NCBI GenBank assembly: GCA_002633005.1
Contig: NMRA01000014.1
Coordinates: 920,955 to 984,954, forward strand
DNA length: 64,000 nt
Source: Phoronis australis
Lineage: Eukaryota > Animalia > Phoronida
Direction of reading: 5' to 3'
Shown here: piece by piece, positions 25,101-37,716 of the stretch
How positions within the stretch are numbered: position 1 is the stretch's first letter
Layout: every line of letters starts with the position of its first letter
The notes under the pieces: generated by a model
Told to the model about the DNA's origin: nothing
Seen by the model: the letters and a program-made list of their open reading frames with translations, nothing else
The model's database searches: none
Position numbers and translations under genes: made by a program

Positions 25101-28100
25101 AATATAAATGGCTTGGCACGAAAATTTATAAACTATGATTTTAAACGTTAAGTTGTTTGATGTCATACAATCGCAAGACACGTACGTGGGCTAATACTAT
25201 CTAAGATTTTGATATTGAGAGTTATGAACCTCTCACTATAACTAGGAAAAGCATGAGAAAAGGAATACCGGAGAATTATCTTGTTTGGTCGAAGTCTAAC
25301 ATATCTATTTCCAGAAGCTGAATCGAGGTCAGATGGCATTATTGTCATAAGTATTTTAATGCAAAGGTACTTTTTACAGGGCTTAGTATATCTCCAAAGG
25401 AACCCAGCATTTATTCAGACAAGGAGCCCAGCATTCATTCAGACGACTTTTAGTGTGCGAATGTGTTAAGTCAGACAGTTGCTTTCATTGTTGTGATCTG
25501 TCGGTATTTGGTGATATCAATGTCACCTCCTCAGCAGAATTGGAAAGCTGCAGTTGAGCAAGGCTGTGGACTTTGATGTTGTTCCAGTTAAGGTCTACAA
25601 ATATTCTACACCAGCGTTGAAGAGTTGGTGTGTGTACAGATTAGTGGATTAGAGCTGTGATAGTTCCTTTGTTATAAACGCTTCCAAAAAAGAAGACCCA
25701 CAGAGTTACAACACGTAAAGTGGTCTGTTGGCCGGTTTTGAAAGAAGTTTTCTCCCACGCACCAACGACTGTGTAGTTTCATGTGTGACCTGTAGTTTCC
25801 AAGGAATAATTGAACAAATCAGTCACGGAAAGCTGCTGCTGGTTTAGGTATACTTGTTAGGAATAGAAGTAGCTGTGATTGGGCAGCATTGAATAATGTG
25901 TCATTACCTGAAGTTGTGATAGACTGGTAATAATTAGTACGTCATTAGCTGAAGCTGTGATTGGCCAGTAATAAGATGTGAGATTTTTTCGATTCATAAT
26001 GTCGTTATTTGATCATTCATTCACCATATTTCATCACGAGAGGAAAATTCAAAAGTGCCGATAAGTTTGTTGCAAAACATACATATTGGCGTACAATCTT
26101 GAAACTTGAGTTCGTGTTTGGCGGGTTTTGCAACTGAAATTAAAAGTCACGTTTGGCATGAGATCGCTCAGCGTGAAGTCACCGTCAAAATGGCATCGGA
26201 TTTCACGACCTGGTATTTGTCAAATCAGTTTCAGCATGAAATATTTCACGTATGCTGTAGTCCGTAGGCCCCGGAAGTCGCCTTCAGTTGCCTGGCAAAT
26301 ACGTTCTTCTATCTACATGCTTTCCTCGTTTTTTGATGCCTTTAACACGACGTCATTCACAAACTTACCTCCAGCCAGTAGAGCGCATGGAGTGGAGCAG
26401 ACTATATTTTCCTGCGAGTCGCCAAGGCAATGTTTGCCACCGTGGGCTGGTTTCGGGTTGGTGCATGTTCTCTCACGCGTCTTCACCCCTGGACCACACG
26501 TCTTTGAGCAGGTGCTATAGTTTCCCCAAGAACTCCATCCACCTTGAACTAGAAGAAAGAGACTTATTGAGAGAAGCAGCCCCTCTCGTGCAAGATATGT
26601 TTGTTAGTTGGTTTATCAGGGCTTCACTTTAGCTATAGACCGTCGTCACGCAGTCGCCATTTTAGTAGTGAGCCTCTTTTTGGTTTATAAAAACAATACA
26701 TTTGACAAACGAATATAACGAGGCACGCGAAAAAAGTCACACTTTACGCTGTATTTAAGCTCAAAATGCATTGTTTTTAAAACCTAAAATGAGGCTCACT
26801 TTTAAAATGGCGACCGCGTGAATACGGTGTATTGTAGGTAGTTCACAAGTTAACTCAGTTTTATGAAATTGGCTAATAGGGCCTACAGCATGGTAGGTTC
26901 TGTTCTGTATCACTGGAAATTGATGAAATGGTGCAGCTTTTATGTTAGTTTTAATACTTTCAAAAACAAAATCCATCTGATATCAGCTATATTGGGACAG
27001 GGCTTTTTTCTCAATCAAACCCACTTTACAAACCAGATTCAGAGGTTGGCTGTCCACCAGGAACAAGCCATTTAGTTTAAGAAATGGCTCAGAGATGTGC
27101 TTGCATGGCTTTTGAATAAGAATTTGAAGAACTTTGCTAGAATGATGTGTACCGGCATTTTATTCTGCAGGAGCACGGTGCAGGCTTAAAATGAATCGGG
27201 GCGCACGACGGAACCAATCGTGCTTTTTTAGCATTACAATTTCTGAATACTATTGGTGTCTAACTCACTTGGACAAGGTGGCTTCTGGCACAATTGGGTG
27301 ACATTAGAGGATCCCTGGCAGTACTTGCCGCCAAGTGTCGGCGCTGGATCATTACACTGACGCCGCTTAGATAGTTTTCCAGTGCCGCATTGCCCAACGC
27401 AGCTCGATTCTGTCCATTCTCCCCAATTACCCGGTTCTGAAATCGACATCATTAGCCAATTATCGACTACTAGAGCTAGTCATTAAGTCCAGTAGCCGAT
27501 GTCAGTAAACACAGAGGCCCGAAATTAATACAGTTTCCAAATAAAAACCCTTTGCGACGGAGCCAGTCCCAGGTAAGCCTATGAAAAGGAACACCAAGGA
27601 TTATTCCAACGTTGAATATGTGTACATATGTAACGTGATATCCTGTACTTCAAGTTTGAACCGTTAAACGTGACAAGTGCCACAATTAGTGAACGGGTAT
27701 TCTCACGTGAAAAAGACCGTCTTTAAAGTTTTACATTTTCGCGCTTTCTAAAGATGCAGGATCACTATCGTAAGCAAAACCCAACGACGTGGCCGGGCTG
27801 TATTAGTGCTGGCATACGCTATGACAGCACTGGAAACTCATTTCAGGGATGAATGAACTTCAAAGAAACTTGACATTGCTGCCTTAATCCTGTCGTTACG
27901 ATCCTAACTGCAGTTGCGAAAAAGAAACCCAGACAGAATATGAATTACCGTAAAGTCCCCTATGCAAAGTCATGACATAATGTTGGAGAATAATGTCATG
28001 GCTTTATATTCGGGATCGGTGTATTTTAAGTGTTCCGAAAAAATGTTTTATTTCAATTTGATCAAGTCAAGAGGCGTCGCATTTTAATTTTGCACACGCA

Positions 28101-31100
28101 ATGTATTCCTAGTGACACCTATGGGCAATATGTTGCATATACCAACAGTAATGGCACGGAAAAACAAGTTGTCGCTACTTCGGCTTCGTTCTCTTATCCT
28201 GGTTATCGCTTTAGTGTGCGTTGCTCGACTACCGTTCCCCCTCTTCCTTCACCAATGTCCAACACAGCTAATTAGTGTGGGAATTTGAGCATTTGTTCAA
28301 ATGTTGTGGTTCAATGAATTTGGCTCGTCTCAAAGTATGCTTAGTGACCCCTATTCACTACAATAGACGATGAAATAGTATACGTAACCACATGGAACAT
28401 GGGAGCCTTTATTTACTGTTTTCCATAAAATTTGGAATAATAAAGTCCAGTTGTGCCGTTGGACCATGTGTTGATTTCTGATAGAGGTCGCGAGTGTCAT
28501 GTTCTGTCTGTTCGTCTCCGAATAAAGGTATAAGCTACTTAATCGAGCGCTGAAGCTTCACCAAACATGAAATGAATATCCAGTCCATGGCGTTATAGTG
28601 TGTTCTGGATTGTAATCGCACCTTAGATGCGTGGTCAACGGTGACGAAGTACCGTACTGTGAATATGTTCCAGTAAAATAAATCGTCGTATTATCACGTG
28701 GTTTATTTGTTTCACTGTCACGTCTCTGCCGGTGGAATAGACCTTGTGTGAATCAAATGTTTGATGCTAATTACTGGTTTTATAAAGCATAAAAGTACCA
28801 AATATATATCGTTTGTAGCTTGCAAGTAACTGGAGCTCAGAACACGGTCAGAATTCGAGTGAATCGGCCGTGGATTAATTTTCTTCGGGGCAGAAATGGA
28901 AACGCTCTACCACTGAGCAAAATGCTCGCCAGCACATTGAATTTGACTTCATCATGTTTCTGAAGAAAGATGGTCCAAAGTGAAGTGTTATTGCAATAAT
29001 CCTTGACACATCTCTCCGAGCTTTTAAAGTTTTGGAGGCAGTAACCACGTTAAATTTATCTTGAGATGTCGGTTAATTTTTCATAACAGAATTATAAGAG
29101 TCATTAACTAATAGACAGGCAGCCCAGGGCACTTAGCATAGATAGATGAACGAGCTACCAACATCTGACCACCGGAGCACTTAGTGTGCAAACCAGTAGG
29201 CCTATGTACAGAAATGGATGGCCGCCGGTGTCTTGCCGTGTGGTCCCTGGGGACCTTACAACATGGGCGGCGCAGCACTGGAATAAGTGGGAAGCTGTAG
29301 CCCCCAGCCCTCTATGGTGCGCCTCCCATGTACAAGGGGACCAAAAATGAGCTAAATTAGATATTCGAGATACCGCCAAACCTGATTTAAAGCGAACAAC
29401 CGTGCCGTACGAAACACAGAATGATCCATGGCAGACAAATTGCATTGTAGAAAGAGTCCGCCTGTGAACCCAGATATGACCCCAAAAAATGAGCTAGCTG
29501 ATACATCCGAGGAACCACAAAAAGTAATTCCATACGATTCTTAACATCCTAGTATTCCACTGAGCACTAAATGGCCTTTGACACTCAAAATACTCTGGAC
29601 GGTGCCAGCTTGAAACTCCCTTGGACACTCGCGTCACACTGAGTTACGAATAGTCGATGACAGAAAGTAACCATTTTGGAAAACACTTGATAAAACTCAA
29701 ACTTTGAGATACCAGAGAATCTCAAAAAGCCAGCCTGTTTCGGTGATGCTTAAGACGGCAACTAGTGAGGTTTAATGGGGTATCAAAACTGCTAGCTGGA
29801 AAGATACTTCAACAACAAAGCATGACCCCTAAATTTGTGCTATATCGCGGAACAACTTCCAGTGAGATCTCTCATTCCATTGGCAGCTAATCAATGTTTT
29901 TAAAGAAATGAAACAACCGTATTTTAATGTTAAATGTCTGTGAAGCGTTACACTTGTGTATATACGCACGTTTGCAGAGAGGAATTTTGTCACCGTCACA
30001 CGTGTGCAAATCAATAAGTCCGTTCACTTCCATGGGACACACCAACGTGTCTCCCACGCGTCTTGTTCGGCAATAGTTTTCGGATCCTTCAACGCTTAGT
30101 AATTCATGTCTGGTCATTGTAATTCTGTTCCATGTGACACAATTTCCATTCATTGACCAACTCCCAGTGTATCCTTTTCCCAAGGGATCTTCCTCGAATC
30201 GACATTCGGGGCCCTTTACAGTCGCTGAGAAGACAAGTAAATTTATAGTTATACATAACAGAAGTTTTGTCCATCGAGAACGTTTAAGTTGATTTCAGTG
30301 GAGATTAACACAAACTTTCCGCGAAAACACTTGAAATTGAAACTGAAATTGGGAGTAATTCGATGCTTGAGCAACCAATTGGGATTTACTAGGGTTAGAC
30401 AGTCATGCATAAAACCATAATGTCCTCGAAAACAAAGTTTGTACAAAAGAAAAATAACTTTAATTTCAAGTACAAAGATTAGACCCCAAATTCTAATAGA
30501 ACAGAAACTGATCTTAAACTTGCAATTGGCCCTGTTTAGCTGGCTATATCAACCAATATCGAATTAGGTGTGCACTTTCATCAAATCCATAAAATCGGTT
30601 TTGAACAGGAATTTTCCTTAACACGAAAGGGCTTGATTTTTGCAAACATGGAGAAGATGTAAACTTCCAACCGGTCAAATGAAAGCGCTCTGACTGACCG
30701 AGCGACAGAAACCGATTAAAAAAAAGGGATCCTGCCTACGACGGCATTGGAATCATAGACAAAAATGCTCAATACATCATTGACAGCGTACGAAGACCAC
30801 GACAACGACGCCGACGATGTAGCCAACACCGATGTCTATGGCAGCAACACTAACAATAGCCTTGACAAAGACGACGACGTCACCTTCAAAACTGATGACA
30901 ACGCCGAAGTATCACGAAGCGGCTACCATTAAAGAGGGTTTGCAAAGCGACACGAACGTGAATTATAACGCATATGTGCTGATTCACGTTACAATAAGAA
31001 AAAGATTTCGCAACAGCTATGCTTACGTGAACGTGAAAGTAAGCGTGAACTGTAACTGGACACCCTGAGCTCAGTTATTTTAATAACTGAGCTCAGGGTG

Positions 31101-34100
31101 ACCAGTTATTGTAGGACCAGTACATGTCAGCTATTTTACAAGAAACTCAAGTCATTCTGCCAATGCAATTTCTTTTACGTAAAAGTCTTTTCCACGAACT
31201 CCTGCGAGAAATGGTGAACTCTTACAATGCGAAATATATTTGCAGTTTAAAATAAATATATGCATGTAAATTAAGCATGTAAAAATAGCAACAAAAATTT
31301 TATCTGTTAAAAATCCATTCTAGTTCGATGATATCCAGCTTCCCCCGGCAGAATAAGGGTTTTTGGAAAACGTGCTTTCTTGCAAATAAATTTAAGAATA
31401 TTTATAGACAAAAAAAATCGTGTTCATTTTATACTGAAACAAAGAAGAAAGATTGAGAACCATATCAAAATAAAAATCATTTTGATTCTTACCAAATAAG
31501 AATTAAAATGGGGCCACAGGTTTCGCGTTTAAAGCGACGCGAATCTCTCTGTATTCGCGTAAAATATTCGAACACTAACGGGATTAAATCACGGCCAACA
31601 ATGATATGTATGACGCAGTACTAAAAATGCGCTGATAATTCACGTTCACGTCGCTTGGCGAAACCTCTCTAATGACGACATTACCGACGCGAAACCACCG
31701 TCGACACTGTCGTCATAGCCATCATCGGCGAATAACCATGACACCGCCGCTGGCACAGTCAACAACGACGATAATGCTTCAAGAAACACCAATAAACAGG
31801 AACGACTAAGAAAGCCACTAATAATACTAGTGCGTCAACAACTGCGACAAAAGGTCGATCACCAAATCCAATCTGTCCACTGCTTCGCACAATTTAACTA
31901 AATCAAGACTTCTCCGTCCATTCACAGTAATGCCACGTTCCATGAGCCATTTTCGCAACTGAGGCACAGTCAATCCACCAAACTGACTCATTTTCCGACA
32001 AATAACACAAAAATAACTCTCAAATACTCGATACACAACATTCGATACAAGACCACGCTAGCCGATTTTTTGCCCCACATCCGGTGACGTCATTCATACT
32101 TCGGTACATGCGCATTAAAACTCGCAACTGAACTATTGACGACAGTGTTGACCTGAAGTTACCTCCAAAACCTATATCCCCAACACCACCAGCGCCACTG
32201 ACTATGATAGCGCCACAATTAGCCATTACCGGCAAGGCTAAAGCCGACAACACCTCAGACACAAACGCAAGTTAGGAAATTTTGGCGTATATGAAACCTC
32301 CCAACTGTATTTCATATTTTTTGTATGGTGCTCACGTCGTTAGTTTGCCCAAGTTAGCCTTGTCCGAGTAGTAGGCCAAGTTGTGACATGCTGTTGCAGT
32401 GGGAACATTGAGACGCATTCTCGTTACTGCGATCTCAATGTTCCAATGATCTTCCTCAATAGTTGAATACCACTATGTACACAGAAAAATTACTATTAAA
32501 ACTTACGTGAAACACATATGTGCTTAAGGTGCAAGTAGACACGTCCAGAGTTTTCTGGCGGAGTATACATATATTTAAGTCTTTCCTCTAATTCCACATT
32601 GAAAACAAATGCGCAGTTTCGTTTATACGAGCAGACACCCTGAATATCTTGCCATACAAAATCCGTTGCTCTTGCCTCAGCCCCGCTGTCTGTTTCCGGG
32701 TTAGCGTCTTGACATGATGCAGTCGATGTGATTTTTGCTGCGATGGACACTATGACAATCACACGGTTCTCAGAGCAGGATAGTTTTGTTGGGGGGCTAT
32801 CTCGTGGACCGCAGAGTGTTTCACGAATCACTTCTGTAACAAAGCCAGGTATGGTTACAGGCCGGGGGAGCGTATCTATCACCTATCGGCCCCGAGCTTT
32901 ATGTGTCCTGCATCCACAAAGACCCGGGACAAAAATAAACCAGGACACATAAAGGATGACCCCTGTTAACATGGGGGAAGTTAGCAGTCCGCTGCATATG
33001 TTAAAACTTGTTATAACTAAGCCATCATCACCTACGGGGTCATTCTAACGAAAGCCTTGTGCAACAAATCCATAGAAATTTGTTCTCGTCACGACGAGCC
33101 GAGTGACACTCAGTCATTTTAGATTGAATTAAATTATGTAATAGCATTGAATGCGCAAGATAAGATCGAATTATCGTGCAATCGGCATTAACTTAAGTAA
33201 ATGGAATTGAAAATACAACTTGATGTCCTCCTATATCCATCAATCTCTTAAAAGGTTAATAGTTCTCATAGGCGGATTTAGGGGAGTAAAATGTTCAAAT
33301 CATAAATGCTGCATATATTCAAAGGTAGTTTCAGACACTTGCATGAAATTACGGGCTGGTTAGTCCTGTGTCACACTGCCGCGGCAGACCTTAGCTAGCC
33401 TCAGTGCCAGCTACCAGTGAAGACTACCGTCAAAATACAGCTTGTTAGTTAGGCCTATACAGCTTTGCGCCAAGGCTACCCTTAGGCCTAACTGGTCGCT
33501 GGCCACAGCGCTCGCTCAAACGAGGTTTATTTAGAACTTGGGTACTTCTGGCGAACTGTGCAAAGTTTTTGGCTTTCAATAGAGATTTGCCCAGACTTTT
33601 TATGAGCGCACCAAGCCTAAAAGAAAACGGGGGCTGGAATTTTTGGGAATGTCTATCTCTTACTATAAGATTCACTGGGCATGTTCATGCAGAGCTATGA
33701 ATTGCAGACACTAAATTTTGGTACTTCCTGTCTTCTAGTGGAATATTGTCTCATTTTCTACTTTTTTCGGAGTTCGTTCTTCTCTGACTGAGACATACCT
33801 TTTTCCATTTCTCCAAATAGGAGGCTCCTTCGAGCACATAAGTATGACAAGTCCAATACAAAATGTTAACATTTTTATTCATTAACCCAAAATGATTCAA
33901 ACTTTTAACATAATAAGTAACTTAAAATGCACAATACTTTACAACATTTAGCATTACAAACACTATGAAAGTGGACATACATGTAACTATTACCATGGTG
34001 ACCGAATAGTGTTTTCTTACTGTAACAGAGCAAGTCTCCACTGAACATAAGAAATATGTATTTCCTCTCATCAGCATACGTTTCAGTTCAATTGCATATG

Positions 34101-36411
34101 ACAACGATCAATTTCCATGATAGCAAAGGAAGGAAATACCCTTCTTCTAAGCCTGTCGCTAGCGAAGTGCCCGACACATACAGTCGCGCCCACATGCCCA
34201 CGTAACAAAGGCGCACTGTGACGCAACAAAGACATTAGCATAAGAATAACTGAACATTTGCAACTAAATAAGAATAACAATAAAGTTACGAACGTCCCGT
34301 CACATTACGACCCATATTGGTTCCTAGGTTCGACCGGCCTACATAAGGAACTAAACACCAATGCTATTTTAACATAATAAGTACGCTTAACATTCCAAAA
34401 AAATTCAACGACCAATGACTACAACTACTATAAATACACTACATATGCAAACAAATCACGAGATATTACTAATAAAACAAAATAATGAAGACTTTTCGAG
34501 CAAGCGATAGCACATTCAGTTACAAGGAAAAAATGGCGGCATTCAGGACAAGTTCCTGAACTGATGAGCCGGAAATGTGGGTACGGAAATAACCGATGAC
34601 AGCCGGTAATTATACACTCACAGAGAAGGGTCAAATACTGTTAAAAAATCGCTTTTGGCAAGAAAGGCGAAAAGAATATAAATGAAGGGTGTCGAAAATA
34701 AGATTTTATGTAGTAAGTATTTTCGGATACTGGAACCACATGGGCATTTTGAGACCAGCCTCCCGTTCAGTAATGCTAGGACCTCGCTAAAAAGCAAGAC
34801 TTCGCGAGATTACGTGAGATGTTGCCGTGCATTTTAAATAAGAGCACGTGACTTTGACTAGGTTTTAGCTAGGTCCTAGCGTAGGTCCTAGCGTACACTA
34901 AACTCACGCCAGGTCTTTAAGACGATTTCCAAAGCAGTCCCGTCATTATTGCCAACACAAAAAACGGATTTGGTCTTTTGGGCATTTGAAGACTATTTTA
35001 AATACAACAAAATTGTTATGAACCAAGTGCACAAAATATAAAACGTGTAATAAGCATTACAAAAAGAAGTAGGTTTCGCGCGCAAACGCTGTGGACCATA
35101 AACAAGTAGGTCTCTTACTATCGGATTAGTAGTTAATGGTGTAGTGGTCAAGCACGCGCGTTCTATCTGCCAGGTCGTGAGTTCGAGTCTTTAGAATGTG
35201 CAGTTTATCCTGTTTGACACGTTCTCCTTTTTAGCCTTTTTTTCTTGGATAATACTTCAAGAATCAAGGAAAATGCTTGATTTTTAGAGGAAAAAACAGA
35301 AAAAATTCCTGGGCGGGAGGGGGGCAAACTCCCCTCCCGACCTCCCCCCATTCGGTGCTATGCTCATATACAATAGTGGTTTGCGCAAATGCTTACAGAA
35401 AAAAATGTTGCCCCCCCCTGTGATATCCTAGATCCGCCACTGGTTCTTCAGACATGAGTCATACAGTTCTGACCAGAAATCTTCAGATATAAAACGAAAC
35501 TGAATTATTACCCATAATTTAAGCCGACTCCACCGACCAATCATTTTCGTCGCCGCTATTTTAAGTTGTTATGCAATGTTTCGGGGTCGCGAAACACTGG
35601 CCTATCACTCTTGTGATTTTGTGTCTGATCTTGTGTTATCTCGCTTTTCTCGCAAAAAAATATTCTGCGGAACACATCACAGGTAAAATTTTCCCTATTT
35701 CAGCCCTCACTTTGCCAAGCAGACGTTCGCCTACGTACGCCGTAACTTTGTACGTGACACACTGCTATTCGTGAAAGATCAATACGTCACCACCTTACAA
35801 TCACGTGGTTTCGACCTTGTCATTAGTTTACTACATGAATGCCACTAAGCGTTTTTCATTCGCAATGATGCTGTATATACGGTGATAATGTATTGCTCCA
35901 GGAAAATGTTTGCCGTTTGACAGATGCGAATTTCACGTATTTGCAGCAATTTATTTGAGGACATACCCGTGCGAATTTCAAACTTGCAATAATTAGTTTA
36001 AAAAATTACAGGTGTGGACTACGCTAGAACTAAAAATGAGCATGCGCAAACGTGATCTAAACAAATGCAAGTGTAGCTACCATTCAAAATCATGTTTTAC
36101 GTATGTTTTACAACTCACAAACTGCGTCCACAAGAGCAAACTTCAGCGGATTTTACGTTTCAATGTTTCACTTGACATCAAAGTGTGTCCATTCAAGTCC
36201 AGATTAGTGAAAGCCATGCCTCTACTCGCCTACCAGCATGGTGATATAGTAAAATAATTACATTGTGTGTCTATATTGCATGGTAAAACAGTTTCATGGC
36301 AGCTCTTCGCCATCACTTTTTATTTAATTTACTCGCATATATAAAAACTCTTACCAGGACTATAAGGCGAGTCTAGCCTGGTAGTACCAATAGCTAGAAT
36401 AAACACGGTCA
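20871..36411 (-). CDS. Gene B (spliced): receptor with signal peptide, SUEL-like, kringle-like, 2x TSP1, TM, helical repeats and dynein-MTBD-like domain; ~760 aa; start unresolved
   Basis: Exons 36355-36411, 32507-32833, 29970-30224, 27269-27436, 26369-26548 and 20871-22168 all join in frame (phase 1). The exon organisation is identical to gene C. Confidence 0.85.
22575..23330. mobile_element. Dispersed repeat/MITE fragments (AAATATTAGACCCC family); relatives at ~30470-30535 and ~41720-41920
   Basis: Recurrent AAATATTAGACCCCGG and AGAATA.CAGACGCTTATCT motifs, plus an inverted copy of the GCACTTAATGACC..TTAAAG..TCGAA segment at ~41800-41855. Confidence 0.45.
24388..24982. mobile_element. MITE with ~27-bp perfect TIR (TGGGCCGTTGAGGGGAAAGTGTCGCCG) and subterminal AATTACGCTCGTAA arrays
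   Basis: The TIR at 24388 matches the reverse complement ending at 24982. Multiple internal AATTACGCTCGTAA units in both orientations. TSD not evident. Confidence 0.85.
26369..26548 (-). CDS. Gene B TSP1 domain exon 2 (QGGWSSWGNYSTCSKTCGPGVKTRERTCTNPKPAHGGKHCLG...)
   Basis: WxxW..CSxTCG..RxRxC TSP1 signature. Boundaries ttcttctag|TT and GGAG|gtaagt; 180 bp. Not in the ORF track. Confidence 0.92.
26634..26832. mobile_element. ~200-bp hairpin MITE
   Basis: TATAGACCG..CACGCAGTCGCCATTTT...AAAATGGCGACCGCGTGAATACGGTGTATT inverted arms; second copy at 36970-37165. Confidence 0.8.
27269..27436 (-). CDS. Gene B TSP1 domain exon 1 (PGNWGEWTESSCVGQCGTGKLSKRRQCNDPAPTLGGKYCQG...CP)
   Basis: TSP1 signature. 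Boundaries atttcag|AA and CCAA|gtgagt; 168 bp. Confidence 0.92.
29970..30224 (-). CDS. Gene B divergent kringle-like exon
   Basis: GPECRF...GYTG.WS..G.CVTW...NYCRT...VCP....C...PLC. Boundaries cttctcag|CG and AAAC|gtgcgt; 255 bp. Confidence 0.85.
30929..31672. mobile_element. MITE with degenerate ~35-bp TIR and TTA/TAA ends (PIF/Harbinger-like), inserted in an ACG-rich low-complexity tract
   Basis: TTAAAGAGGGTTTGCAAAGCGACACGAACGTGAATTA versus the reverse complement of the right end, TTAGAGAGGTTTCGCCAAGCGACGTGAACGTGAAATTA. Confidence 0.65.
31827..31990 (-). pseudogene. Truncated SAP-domain ORF (MSQFGGLTVPQLRKWLMERGITVNGRRSLDLVKLC), probably a DNA-transposon fragment
   Basis: SAP consensus LTVxxLxxxLxxRGLxxxGxKxxLV; the ORF ends right after it; intronic location. 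Confidence 0.6.
32507..32833 (-). CDS. Gene B divergent SUEL-like domain exon
   Basis: LC......LSC.ENRVIVI....C....I...CS.K..C......YL.L..IC. Boundaries tttgttacag|AA and TCAC|gtaagt; 327 bp. Confidence 0.8.
35130..35195 (+). mobile_element. tRNA-like SINE head / tRNA pseudogene
   Basis: A box TGGTGTAGTGG (35137-35147) and B box GTTCGAGTC (35181-35189); acceptor stem degenerate. Confidence 0.5.
35300..35442. mobile_element. GGCGGAT-family MITE half; close relative at 43135-43249
   Basis: Shared CCCGACCTCCCCCCATTCGGTGCTATGC...GTGATATCCTAGATCCGCCACTG. Confidence 0.7.
36355..36411 (-). CDS. Gene B signal-peptide exon (xTVFILAIGTTRLDSPYSP)
   Basis: ctgttttag|TG to CCTG|gtaaga, 57 bp, phase 1-1. 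Same 3' junction (CCTG|gtaaga) as the gene C equivalent. Confidence 0.7.
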
Positions 36412-36969
36412 CTAAAACAGAAACAAACAGATAGTACAGTTACGCTTCGTAAGGTACACTAATCAAACGACACAATGCACGAATGTACACAAACTCCCAA
36501 GAAATCAGATGTGAAACAATTAGAAAAGATTATTACCGAAATATAATGTAAAAAACAGAATTCGTTTTCTGATTAGTATGTTTTCTGTTTGACAATAAGT
36601 TTGGTAAATATTGAAGTAGTTCGTACTTTTACAACACCAGCTAGATATCGTTTGAATGAATATGTTAAGTTAATCCGAAGCCGGTCGTCGAGGTCTACCT
36701 ATTTAAAGCATAAACTGAAAGAGTCCATATGAAAACAAAACTGCAATCACGAATTCATTGCGTAAATTTATGACTTAAGCTATTTACTCGCTATGTTAAA
36801 AAGAAATCTGCATAATGCCAAATCCCCTTGAAGTGCAACGCAAAACGCAGGTTGTGCATGCGGCTTTAACAATACAGTTCACTCTCGACTTGCTTTAGAT
36901 TCGACATTTCAATTCCAATACTGAAACAAACATACGCGTGCAAGAAATGAATTTGTACATGAAGCACTG

Positions 36970-37165
36970 TATAGACCTGATTCATGCAATCGCCATTAGT
37001 AGTGAGCCTCTTCTTAGGTTTAAAAACAATGCATTTGAGACATGAATATAATGAGGCACTCGAAAAAATCACGTTTTTCGTTGTATTTAAGCGTAAAATG
37101 TATTGTTTTTAAAACCTAAAAAGAGGCTCACTATCAAAATGGCGACTGTATGAACATGTTGTATA
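36970..37165. mobile_element. Second copy of the ~200-bp hairpin MITE (see 26634-26832)
   Basis: Direct similarity along its length. Confidence 0.8.
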
Positions 37166-37533
37166 TGTATACACACTACACATAACATTGCGACCAAGCC
37201 CTCATGAAAGGCCAACCCCACAGTTGACTTTTTGACGGTGAGATCGAATATCCATGTATCTTGTGTGAATAACTGGCCGATGCAAACTCGATCATGTGCA
37301 CTGAACAGCTTACTACGTAGATTGGTTGATGTCAAAAACCACCACCACAACCTCCAGTCTCATCAAGAATAATTAACAGTCTCAAATTCAGCTTATGTCC
37401 GCATTTGAATAAAAAATAAAAGTTTAATTACAATAGATTTAAGTTTTTGTTTACAAGAAATGTGAGCTTTGACTCGATGTATGATATTCCTACGCGGTTG
37501 CAGTAGCGTGGTTTGTCTTGCTCACGTACTTAC

Positions 37534-37586
37534 TGTATAACGAAAGTGAATGAAGAAGTACGCAAACAGTGTCGGTCCCTTATATA
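37534..37586 (-). promoter_or_regulatory. Candidate gene B core promoter: TATA box, TCATTC initiator and short leader exon
   Basis: Minus-strand TATATAAG at 37586-37579, Inr-like TCATTC with A at 37551, donor ACA|gtaagt at 37533. Confidence 0.4.
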
Positions 37587-37716
37587 AATGTGAGCAATTC
37601 TTAATCAAAAATACGGCTGCTTTAAATTTTTGTTGGTGGCGTAATACAAAGAAATACATTAGCAGTGTCAGGCAGAGAACGTATTGCCCTGCGTAAACAA
37701 GCCTCACAGAACTTAA

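Noticed and set aside
26128-26632. Plus-strand ORFs overlapping the TSP1 exon (similar antisense ORFs over both terminal exons)
   Set aside because: Antisense shadows of real minus-strand coding exons.
33799-33872. Signal-peptide-like ORF MLTFCIGLVILMCS... ending at a donor site
   Set aside because: The donor is phase 2, incompatible with the phase-1 SUEL exon. The exon at 36355-36411 fits better and matches the paralog's junction.
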